A program made the position numbers and the translations under genes. A DNA stretch of 63,965 nt, filler included, from Octopus bimaculoides (lineage: Eukaryota): assembly GCF_001194135.2 (NCBI RefSeq). It is 5 parts of 5 records of this genome, joined end to end, with 100 filler letters (N's around TTAATTAATTAA, not from the genome) between each part and the next. Parts side by side here need not be neighbours in the genome. Positions count along the whole stretch, not along the records: positions 50,489 to 62,758 come from NC_068988.1; positions 62,859 to 63,965 come from NW_026427794.1; 3 more parts are not named here. The stretch is one strand, 5' to 3'. How positions within the stretch are numbered: position 1 is the first letter of the stretch; every line of letters begins with the position of its first letter. Below, piece after piece: positions 53,377-63,965 of this stretch. The notes beneath the pieces are model-generated. The model was not told the DNA's origin and ran no database searches. It saw nothing but the letters and a program-made list of their open reading frames with translations.

Positions 53377-53530
53377 CATAGAATCGATTCTAGTAGTGGA
53401 CTTATACTCTATTTATCGATCTCAAAAGACAAAATTGACCTCGGCGGGATAAGAACTCAATATGCAAAGATATGGAACGAACACGTAATGCATTCTATTC
53501 GACGCTTCGATGATTTTACTATTTCACGGC
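52845..53530 (-). mobile_element. Two diverged family B SINE copies (52845-53035, 53385-53530)
   Basis: TTTTATCGAC...GAAAGGCAAGGTCGAACTCGG and AAATTGACCTCGGCGGGATAAGAACTCA. Confidence 0.7.
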
Positions 53531-53974
53531 CTTTCTCCCTTCAACAATTCCCCAAACCAAACATTATATTCAGGCCGTCACTCTATCTGGACACTAATGT
53601 TCAGCTCACGTACCTGATACGCTGCTACCACTGTATATATATACAAAAAATTCTTGACCCCGTTTCACAAAAGGTTATTTGCTTGATTTGCAAAGGTTCT
53701 CTCAACAACCGGTCACCCTCTCAGACCATTATTTCGTCTCTTCTGTCATTACTCTCTCCAAAACCTGTTCCTGCTCCTGCTGCCATTCTCAGTGTCTCAC
53801 ACCCAACATATTCTATAATAAACATTTTCCCTAGTCTTTTCTCCCCAGAGCAGTAACCCTGAAACATCTCTCCTACAGAAGTTCGACTTGAACATGAACT
53901 ATATTGATCTCTACTTATTAACTTCTCGGAGCATTGGTTTGGGAGAATCAATAATTAAAAAATCAACATCATAG

Positions 53975-54345
53975 GCGAAGGTATGGCTCTGTGTTTAAGA
54001 AGTTCGCTTCGCAATATAGAGTTTTTGGGTTCAGTTCCCCGTGCGGCACTTTGGTCAAGTGTCTTCTATAGCCTCGGGCCAATCAATGCTTTAAGAGCGA
54101 ATTTGGTAGGCGAGAAGTGTGAGGAAGCTATTCGGACGTATGTGTGTGTGTGTGTGTGTGTGTCGCTGCTTGAAAAATCGGTGTTGGTTTGTTTACGCCT
54201 CCGTAATTTAGCAGTCCGAAAAAAAAAAAAAAGATATCGATCGAATAAGTACCAGACTTAATCATTTGTTCGGCTAAACCTTCAAGACGGTACCCCCAGC
54301 ATGGTTGCAGTCCAATGACTTAAACGAGTACAAGAATTAAAAAAA
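53975..54345 (+). mobile_element. SINE family A variant, full length
   Basis: Head GGCGAAGGTATGGCTCTGTG...GGGTTCAGTTCC, internal (GT)n, tail CCCCAGCATGGTTGCAGTCCAATGAC. Confidence 0.85.
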
Positions 54346-54765
54346 AACCCAATTAAAAGAACATCACAAACAGATCAACGAAAGAGCCTCTATACATGGT
54401 CGACCGACCAGTAAGAATAAGCAGTCAAAACTCACTCAAATTACACTCGGTCGTATTAAGAAATGAAGGACTATGTAGCTCATTGTATATAAAAAAGACA
54501 GGGTAATCATGTACAGAATGCCTTTTATTATATGTCCACTCAATCAAGAATGATAAGGGTTTGAAGAACGGAACATTTACGTTAGGCAACAACATAAACA
54601 ACACGAATATTACTACCATCACTAATAACCCCGCTTTAAACACTAACCAGGCGGCCACCACAGCCTACCGTCCGAAGAAATTAAGAGTCTCTTGTATGGA
54701 AAAAGACAGGATGGTCACAGCTGGAAGACATGTCTTCACAGTTCGACTTAATCCGAGCTGATAAG
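54345..54765 (+). mobile_element. Two family E fragments
   Basis: AAAGACAGGATGGTCACAGCTGGAA at ~54703 and a diverged copy near 54495. Confidence 0.6.
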
Positions 54766-55145
54766 GGTTAAACTACAATACATTACGTTAGAAATACCAT
54801 TAGCAGCAGCAGCAGCAACAACAACAGCAATAACAACAACATGAGCACTACCACTACTACTATAGTCACCACTCAGACGACGACGACGACAACTGCTTCT
54901 CTATGTCAGTACGAAACGTTGCTGTTTCTACGAACATAACTGAAACTACATACCAGACTGGAGATATTTCGTCAGAATATTCCATACGGTTTCTACCACA
55001 TCACTAGAAATAAATGGAGGAGTAGTGGTGAGGTGATGGGGTTCGAGGAAGGAGAAGTCTAAAGCATTTTCGCTGGAGACGACAACTAGGTCAATGCCTC
55101 CTAATCGAGACCCCAAATCCAGTGTCGTTTTTTGTCAACTTACAG

Positions 55146-55202
<57 letters not shown>

Positions 55203-55967
55203 NNNNNNNNNNNNNNNNNNNNNNNNNNNNNNNNNNNNNNNNNNNNNNNNNNNNNNNNNNNNNNNNNNNNNNNNNNNNNNNNNNNNNNNNNNNNNNNNNN
55301 NNNNNNNNNNNNNNNNNNNNNNNNNNNNNNNNNNNNNNNNNNNNNNNNNNNNNNNNNNNNNNNNNNNNNNNNNNNNNNNNNNNNNNNNNNNNNNNNNNNN
55401 NNNNNNNNNNNNNNNNNNNNNNNNNNNNNNNNNNNNNNNNNNNNNNNNNNNNNNNNNNNNNNNNNNNNNNNNNNNNNNNNNNNNNNNNNNNNNNNNNNNN
55501 NNNNNNNNNNNNNNNNNNNNNNNNNNNNNNNNNNNNNNNNNNNNNNNNNNNNNNNNNNNNNNNNNNNNNNNNNNNNNNNNNNNNNNNNNNNNNNNNNNNN
55601 NNNNNNNNNNNNNNNNNNNNNNNNNNNNNNNNNNNNNNNNNNNNNNNNNNNNNNNNNNNNNNNNNNNNNNNNNNNNNNNNNNNNNNNNNNNNNNNNNNNN
55701 NNNNNNNNNNNNNNNNNNNNNNNNNNNNNNNNNNNNNNNNNNNNNNNNNNNNNNNNNNNNNNNNNNNNNNNNNNNNNNNNNNNNNNNNNNNNNNNNNNNN
55801 NNNNNNNNNNNNNNNNNNNNNNNNNNNNNNNNNNNNNNNNNNNNNNNNNNNNNNNNNNNNNNNNNNNNNNNNNNNNNNNNNNNNNNNNNNNNNNNNNNNN
55901 NNNNNNNNNNNNNNNNNNNNNNNNNNNNNNNNNNNNNNNNNNNNNNNNNNNNNNNNNNNNNNNNNNN

Positions 55968-56122
55968 TCCGTACTATGTTCCGTGTTCAAATTCCACCGA
56001 GATCGACTTTGCCTTTCATTCTTTCAGGGTCGATAAAATAAGTACCAGTTGAGTACTGGGATCGATGTAATTGACTTAACCCCCCCCCCCTGAAATTGCC
56101 CTTGTACCAAAATTTGAAGCCA
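55968..56122 (+). mobile_element. SINE family B, 5' end lost in a gap
   Basis: GTTCAAATTCCACCGAGATCGACTTTGCCTTTCATTCTTTCAGGGTCGATAAAATAAGTACCAG. Confidence 0.9.
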
Positions 56123-56127
56123 TTTTT

Positions 56128-56640
56128 ATAGTGATTGTTGTTGTTTTCGTTGCTATTGCTGCTTTCCAAAATATGAGCTGTTCCAAAATCCCAACCAGAG
56201 ACCTCAAGAAATTGACGTATTACATCTTCAGGGAAAGGAGATCAAATACTAAAAATTTGTTGTAATATTTGCTATTTTGAAAGATCTTTTTCAAAATCAA
56301 ATTTTCTCAAGTTGATCGTGTTTTTCTCATTATGTGGGCTGTACTCATGAAAACAATTCTTTGTAGTCTCGATACTTTTGCATTTCTTGGCATGATATTG
56401 ATATGATATTTGAAAGCGCCATTTGATATTAGCCACAAAGTCCCGATGATCACAGGTATAGTTGTCGTTCTTAGATGCCACATTTCTGAGATCTCTATTT
56501 GAAGATCCTTGTATTTAACGTTTCAAATGTTTTCACAGAGATATTGCACTCTACTGAGACCCACATGTGATTTTTCACCACAATATTTGGTCTATTGGTC
56601 AGAATTTCACCAGTTTTGCATATCTCTTAAAGATTTCGGA
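56128..56640 (-). mobile_element. Dong/R4-type (RLE) retrotransposon 3' end, copy 3
   Basis: Minus strand: TNRPNIVVKNH ... KYKDLQIEISEMWHLRTTTIPVIIGTL...LQRIVFMSTAHIMRKTRST* (stop 56307-56309), then a 3' UTR and AAC-rich tail. Only partly covered by the ORF track, and in another frame. Confidence 0.85.
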
Positions 56641-57567
56641 ATTATGAAGTGAAGCTGTATGGAATAATATTTTTAAAAATTTATTTTATATAGAGAAATC
56701 TTCAACAATTTGATTTGAAAGTCTGTCCATACATGGGTTAAACTAAATTGTGTTTTAAACTAAAATTGTGTTTTTAGACAATTTTTGTTTTTTTCTCATT
56801 TTCCTACACATATGCATAATATGGTTACACCAAACACCCACCTAAACAAAAATAATGACCATTAATGTAAATTCATTGAGATAGAAAAAAAGAGAAAAAA
56901 CTACATGAGAATATTTTGTAGCAAAACGCAGTTTAAAAGAAAAAAATAATGATGATTCTATAGAGAATAACATTAAAATGAACAATTCCAACGGCTCGTT
57001 TGATAACATTCGCACTCACATTTTGCTAAAAAACAAAAATAACTGTAGCAAATATGGAAATCTTACCTCACAAATGATGGCTGGATATGGACCATATAGT
57101 TGTAAAAAAAGAAAAGAAAACAACTGATCCGTAATATGTAATCAAAACGGGCACGTTTTTGCTTGAAGCTATCATACGTGTACAAGAAAAGAGGGAAGTG
57201 GCTCATTTGTGCACTTTGTAAGTGACATGGTTTTTATTTGTGTCCACAAAAGAACGTTTGTAAATAGCTCTCACCGATATGTAGAGAGAGAGAGAGAGAT
57301 CTTCCCTGGTGAATGAGTAGGATACATTGGGTACTACGCCTCATGTATAAAACTGGGAAGGATGAAGAGGCAGGCTAAGCTAATAGACCAAGTGGCTACT
57401 TATGGCTGCTACTCTCGTCTTTCTTTGCTCCATAACTGAGGCATAAGCATATGAATCTCATGACGTGTTTCGTCACTGCCGATGGTCATTTCGTCTCCCT
57501 CTTCATCTTTAAAGCCTGGCTTTTGGTTCCCTAACTCTGGCCTCATCCGATGTGCTCAATTTCCTGT

Positions 57568-57932
57568 CACACATCGGACACACATCGGGCACACATCAGG
57601 CCACACGTCGAGCACACATCCCGTCGCACATCAGGCCACACATCGGACACACATCCCGTCACACACCAGGCCACACATCCCGTCACACATCAGACCACAC
57701 ATCGGGCACACATCCCGTCACACACCAGGCCACACATCCCGTCACACATCAGGCCACACATCGGGCACACATCCCGTCNNNNNNNNNNCATCGGGCACAC
57801 ATCCCGTCACACACCAGGCCACACATCCCGTCACACATCAGGCCACACATCGGGCACACATCCCGTCACACATCAGGCCACACATCAGGCACACATCCCG
57901 TCACACACCAGGCCACACATCTTGTCACACAC
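57568..57932 (+). repeat. Minisatellite with 11-12-bp monomers in a 59-bp higher-order unit
   Basis: CACACATCGGG-CACACATCCCGT-CACACACCAGGC-CACACATCCCGT-CACACATCAGGC repeated. Confidence 0.92.
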
Positions 57933-59615
57933 GTCTTCAAAATTCTCCCCTGAGTGGTATGTAGGGTCTTACTTTATTGTCTTCGGAAGAGCAGAGATAT
58001 CACACCAAGCGCCTGCTTCTTTTCTCGATTAATTCACAATATCAAGGCATGATCCTTTGCGACGTACTTCGAGTCTTTTATTTCCTTCTCTGCACAGTCT
58101 CCTGAAAGTCTATCTCTTTTGAGTACGTCTGCATTGGCAAACACTGTTACTGTGGCTCACACTGCTGCTGCTGTTACTGTTGTTGTTTTATTTCCATGTT
58201 TGTTTTTCTTTCTTTCTTGAACGTTACTCATGTCTAATGTGTTGTTAATGCTGATGCTGAGGGCGTCACTGTTCACGTCAGAGCCTATAATCTTTTATTT
58301 CGAATGTCACTTCAATGATTTGTATTTATGGGAGACGGCGTTCCCCCCCCTCTGTGTCTGGAACGCTTTCCCACAATTGTTGGAGTCTCTGCTGTCGACA
58401 ACTCTCACAGACGCCATGTTAAAAGGAGAAAAAAAAACAACTCATCACNNNNNNNNNNNNNNNNNNNNNNNNNNNNNNNNNNNNNNNNNNNNNNNNNNNN
58501 NNNNNNNNNNNNNNNNNNNNNNNNNNNNNNNNNNNNNNNNNNNNNNNNNNNNNNNNNNNNNNNNNNNNNNNNNNNNNNNNNNNNNNNNNNNNNNNNNNNN
58601 NNNNNNNNNNNNNNNNNNNNNNNNNNNNNNNNNNNNNNNNNNNNNNNNNNNNNNNNNNNNNNNNNNNNNNNNNNNNNNNNNNNNNNNNNNNNNNNNNNNN
58701 NNNNNNNNNNNNNNNNNNNNNNNNNNNNNNNNNNNNNNNNNNNNNNNNNNNNNNNNNNNNNNNNNNNNNNNNNNNNNNNNNNNNNNNNNNNNNNNNNNNN
58801 NNNNNNNNNNNNNNNNNNNNNNNNNNNNNNNNNNNNNNNNNNNNNNNNNNNNNNNNNNNNNNNNNNNNNNNNNNNNNNNNNNNNNNNNNNNNNNNNNNNN
58901 NNNNNNNNNNNNNNNNNNNNNNNNNNNNNNNNNNNNNNNNNNNNNNNNNNNNNNNNNNNNNNNNNNNNNNNNNNNNNNNNNNNNNNNNNNNNNNNNNNNN
59001 NNNNNNNNNNNNNNNNNNNNNNNNNNNNNNNNNNNNNNNNNNNNNNNNNNNNNNNNNNNNNNNNNNNNNNNNNNNNNNNNNNNNNNNNNNNNNNNNNNNN
59101 NNNNNNNNNNNNNNNNNNNNNNNNNNNNNNNNNNNNNNNNNNNNNNNNNNNNNNNNNNNNNNNNNNNNNNNNNNNNNNNNNNNNNNNNNNNNNNNNNNNN
59201 NNNNNNNNNNNNNNNNNNNNNNNNNNNNNNNNNNNNNNNNNNNNNNNNNNNNNNNNNNNNNNNNNNNNNTATATATATATATATATGGAATATATATATA
59301 TATATATATATATACACGCACACACAAAATAGCTTCTCCCAGATGAACCGTTACAGCAACATGTGCATAGGAATATAAACACATTTCTATACAAAAACTG
59401 TGAGTAAACCTGTTAGTAAAATTTCAAATTTTTCATTTTAATTACATATACATCCATATTTATACAAAACCTCTGTATATATGCACATTGCTATTTCTTC
59501 TCGGTCTCTCGTTGATGCATCAATAATAATTATAATTATAACTACGAAAGAAACATGAACACATGTCCATCGGTGGTGTATTTGACGGATATTTGTCCTC
59601 ATCTTGTTTGTTGTT

Positions 59616-59661
59616 AACACAACGTTTCGGCTGATATACCCTCCAGCCTTCATCAGGTGTC
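59616..59661 (-). ncRNA. Minimal type I hammerhead ribozyme (intact copy)
   Basis: GACAC-CTGATGA-A-GGCTG(GAGGGTATAT)CAGCC-GAA-ACGT-T-GTGTT: 5-bp stems I and II, palindromic ACGU stem III, GUU triplet, one extra A after the core. Confidence 0.8.
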
Positions 59662-59906
59662 TTGGGGAAATTTTGAACCTGGGTTCTCATTCCTAAGGTA
59701 TTTTTTTATGTTATTATTTATTATTATTATTATTATTAAGGTCACTGCCTGGAATCGAACTCGGAATCTTGGGGTTAAGAGCGCGGGTTACTAACCTCAA
59801 GATTCCAAGTTCGATTCCAGGCAGTGACCTTAATAATAACAATAATAATAATAATAACATCAAAGAATACCTTAGGAATGAGAACCCAGGTTCAAAATTT
59901 CCCCAA

Positions 59907-59952
59907 GACACCTGATGAATGCTGGAGGGTATATCAGCCGAAACGTTGTGTT
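59907..59952 (+). ncRNA. Minimal type I hammerhead ribozyme (copy with G>T at the first stem II pair)
   Basis: GACAC-CTGATGA-A-TGCTG(GAGGGTATAT)CAGCC-GAA-ACGT-T-GTGTT. Confidence 0.7.
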
Positions 59953-61081
59953 AACAACAAACAAGATGAGGACAAATATCCTTCAAATGTAAATAATGTC
60001 AATAATGTAAATAATGGTCAAATGCTAACAATGTCTTATTTGTTCGTATTGAAACTTGCTTCTTTAAGGCGGTGTATGTTTCTGTGAATTATTGGTTTCC
60101 CTTGAAATTCTTAACATAAGAACCGGAATTAAGTGTCAAATACTACAACCACAGAAAATTTCATCTTAATTCTTTCATGCAAGAATTTCTCTCAGTTTAT
60201 TGCCTGAATATCGGCAGAGAACAATTACCCCTCATTTGAATGGAATCAGATGAAATAAATATGATAATACATGCAATATGGCATCCAACTATCTTGTTAT
60301 ATTGAGCAATCTACGACTGTCCTGCCACTTGAATCAACCAGAGGAAGCAATTGCTTATATTCCTAAAATTATGTAAAATAAAAGTCAGTTTATTAATGAT
60401 CCAACCCGTTCGAACCGAATCATAAAAATACTAAATACCAGGTGGAATGCTATAAACTGAATCTGATAGACCACTGACTGGATATCGACCGTTGCAAGAT
60501 TTATAAAAACCGTTCATTATAGTGGTAAGATTTTAACTCGATTCTGAGCAAAATTTGCCGAAAATTGCCTCCAGGGCACTTTTAATCAATTATAGATAAA
60601 TTTTAAAACTAACATCCTTTTAATTTATTTTAAAAATCAACTAAAATCCTACATTTAAACGAATCACCAAGTGAATGATGAAACATTTTCGAATTGCACA
60701 TAAAATAATGCCCCCCTATATTGCTATGAATTTCTTATTGATCTCTAGCTAGTCATAAATACACAAAATAGGCATGGTCACAATCCATTGGCTGAAACAG
60801 ATAAAAAAAAATAAAAGGAGTAACGCTCATGGCGTTTACAAACCTTCCTTGACGGTCAGCTCGAACTTCCATAGTTGCTACCAGATGGCTGCAGTGTTAG
60901 GTAGCAAAGTGTTTTGTTCGAACCGGTGACAGTTAGGTTGGTTTTTGATTTAATTTACTTCGAAAGGATTGGTTACAATTAGTTAAGATTAAATGATATG
61001 AATATAGATTGATCAAGATGGCGGTAATGTGTCAATAATCGAGGATTATTTTACAAAAGGTTAATTTTCACTTTATAATAT

Positions 61082-61291
61082 TGGTTTCACATTTTTGACA
61101 CAAGGCCTGCAATTTCAAGGGAGGAGTTAAGTCGATTACATCAACCCCAGTGCTCAACTGGTACTTAGTTTATCAACCTCGAAAGGATGGAAGGCAAAGT
61201 CGGACTCGCCGGAATTTTAACTCAGAATGTGAAGCCGGACGAAATGTCACTAAGCATTTTACCCGGCGTGCTATCGATTCTGCCAGCTCGC
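61082..61291 (-). mobile_element. SINE family B, full length
   Basis: Colinear with 19430-19664 and 42533-42744. Confidence 0.9.
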
Positions 61292-62622
61292 GGACTTCTT
61301 TTACTGTACAATATTAAGATGACAGAATAGTGAGAGATACAGTAAAGGTGATAAGAGTTTTAAAAAATTGGAGGCTAGTACCCATCGTACTATATCAAAG
61401 GATTCGAATCCGTTATATTATCAACCGAAGAAACTATATATTGGGGGAACTAGTAATTGTAACAATGTAGTGAACGAATATTTACCAATCAGTTGAGCGT
61501 CCTTTTGTTTGCATGCTTGGTTTCATAATATCATTATCAAACCAGATGTGTTAGATTTACGATAATGTGGACGACACTTTGGCTTTGAAAAGAGACAGCA
61601 ATCTATTTATAGAGACTTTGCTTTCTTACATTATTCATTTGGGTATTGCATATAAAGCTTACTAAGTATAGTAGCTTGCTAAAAGGAGGGGGTCTCTTAG
61701 TAATGAGAAGCGAGTCAAATAGAAGTACACAAAACTTTATAAACACATCAATTTACGAAAGTAAATAGAAGAGCTCTCCCGGCAGGAGCATATTTTTGTT
61801 TGTTTATAAAATCATATTCTTTGAATAGTCCATTGTTTGAGTTAGCTCACTTTTTGCATATTTTATCTTCTAGTGCAATAGTAGTATGAATTCTCATTCA
61901 AAACATTATTGGTTCAAATTCATACGACTATATTCCTGAAGTCCATCACTCTGAGAAATCATCATAGACTGTAGAACTAGCTTTCGAAGGTTTCTTTGGT
62001 ACGCGTAGCTATTGTGACTGTGTGGTTGAAAGTGATTATGATTCCATCTAACAGCTGAAGAATATATCTTTGAAATCGCTGTTCATGGAAGCGGAGGGCG
62101 TTCATTCGTTTGTTAGTTACTAGGTTATGTATGTATGTATGTATGTATGTATGTATGTATGTGCGTTCGTGTGTGATTAAAAGCATGTTTTGAGGTTATG
62201 AATATACAGAAGAAACAGTTTACAAGACATAACCGAATTCTCAAGTGCAACACGATGCAGCAGTAAACGCTACGGTAGAGCAGTCTTGTTCAAGGATTTT
62301 GTTCCAACTAGTGAGAAAGGAGTGACGAGTAACTCGATAGATTTTTTATGCCAGACATTGGCGAGTGAGAACAACATCATTGTGCATTCGCTGAAGTTTT
62401 CAAGTACGAAAGACGACTGGTGTATGACCTAAAGAGCAAACTTTCTGTAGATCTAGCTCAACAGTAATTATACTGGCGATCATGGATGAGATAAAGGAAC
62501 ATAGGTTGATAAAACAGTTGATCTTTTTAAAACTGCTTCCATCAAATTTGAGAAATGTAAAGAAGGGACGATAGGTTGATAGTTAAAAGGTTTCCGTCAA
62601 TGGGGGATTCCATGTGTGAGCG

Positions 62623-62659
<37 letters not shown>

Positions 62660-62928
62660 GTGAGAGAAAGAGAGAGAGAGAGAATGAGTGGAAAGAGAAA
62701 TTGAGATGTCTGATAGTGATATGAGTTAGCTTTGTAACAGATTGTTTAGTGTAATAAANNNNNNNNNNNNNNNNNNNNNNNNNNNNNNNNNNNNNNNNNN
62801 NNTTAATTAATTAANNNNNNNNNNNNNNNNNNNNNNNNNNNNNNNNNNNNNNNNNNNNTATATATATATATATATATATAAATATATGCATATATGAATA
62901 TATATATATAGGTATATAGATAGATATA

Positions 62929-62962
<34 letters not shown>

Positions 62963-62972
62963 NNNNNNNNNN

Positions 62973-63006
<34 letters not shown>

Positions 63007-63921
63007 CACAACTTTGGTGTGCGTGCATGCGTAATCATCGATGACTTTGAGTGCGTGTTAGTGATGTTAGATTACAAAGTTATTCCTTTATCGACAAACT
63101 AGCGTTCAAAGGTTTGTCTTTTTCTGCATTTGTTCTTATATCACACAAAAAAATTATTAAAAAAAAGACTGAAAAACCCAAACAATTCTGCCAGCATGTA
63201 ATATCGCTCGACATACAGAGGTTTCTTTGTTGTCAATGTAAACGACATTGGTTGATGCAATTTCGACAGATTTATAGCTCACTGAGAGACGGCTTTCACT
63301 GCGAGTTTTGCCAAAATGGATGATATATGCTGGGAAAAATGGCTTCTAAGTTCTATGAAAATGTCCGCAAAACAATAGGGAAATATATTTCGTAAAGAAT
63401 GAAAGAATTTAAATAAAGCAAAGTAAAAAACAGGGACACAAAATAAGTATAAAGTAAGTGCAAAGATTTGAAATGAAACGAAAGAAAAACAAAGGAAATT
63501 AACAAAAAAGAAAGTAAAACAACGAAAAAAATCTGTAAGAATATCATATATTTTTGCTGCCTGTTAATAATCTTTTGCAGTAAATTTTAAATTCCTTTGT
63601 AGATTTTTGTTCGTCGCACTATTTATTTGAATAGTTTGTTTGTTTGTATGTGTATGTATGTGTGTATTCGTGTGTGCTTGTCTGTGTGTGTGTATGCATG
63701 TACGTTTTTTTTGTCCCACGTATGTGAGAATGTTTGCACCGTGTTCCCCCCTGCATTCGTCTTAACATTTTAAAATAGTTACATCCAGACAGTTGTATCA
63801 TACACACACACAAACCTATCTGTATAATTACGTCCACATGGATGTGTACATATATACATATTTAAACATGAAGAGGCACTCACGTACACTAGCACGTGTA
63901 AATACACATAAAGAAACACAC

Positions 63922-63965
<44 letters not shown>

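Larger units (their letters stand above)
59580..59988. mobile_element. 409-bp palindrome: head-to-head inverted pair of a tRNA-headed SINE with a hammerhead-bearing tail
   Basis: Arms 59580-59777 and 59792-59988 are near-perfect reverse complements around a 14-nt spacer; B-box GTTCGATTCC in each arm. Confidence 0.93.

Noticed and set aside
60880-61025. YY1-like motifs (AGATGGCT, CAAGATGGCGG) as a promoter
   Set aside because: Short motifs only, with no CpG island or downstream gene evidence.

Overview
Eukaryotic, AT-rich, extremely microsatellite-dense genomic DNA with many N gaps. Repeat content and style suggest a coleoid cephalopod (Octopus-like) draft assembly; this is inference, not a database result. 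No intact protein-coding gene, rRNA, true tRNA or CRISPR array could be supported, and almost all listed ORFs are translations of microsatellites or gaps. The window is a layered graveyard of mobile elements: several tRNA-headed SINE families (my labels A-E), three 3' fragments of restriction-like-endonuclease (Dong/R4-type) retrotransposons next to AAT/AAC repeats, an RTE-like RT fragment, a decayed mariner transposase, and mariner-, hAT- and piggyBac-type MITEs, some nested. The most notable signal is six minimal type I hammerhead-ribozyme folds, ranging from near-intact to decayed: 6740-6780, 8378-8424, 11104-11146, 42848-42886, 59616-59661 (minus) and 59907-59952. They sit in several small non-coding carriers: at the apex of long hairpins, between direct repeats, and in the tail of a tRNA-headed SINE that forms a 409-bp palindrome. 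Also noted: a CpG-depleted domain (~36.3-48.9 kb, possible methylation footprint), an ~83-bp tandem array built from a dispersed element, a 59-bp higher-order minisatellite, and artificial TTAATTAATTAA gap linkers. Element boundaries for decayed repeats are approximate.
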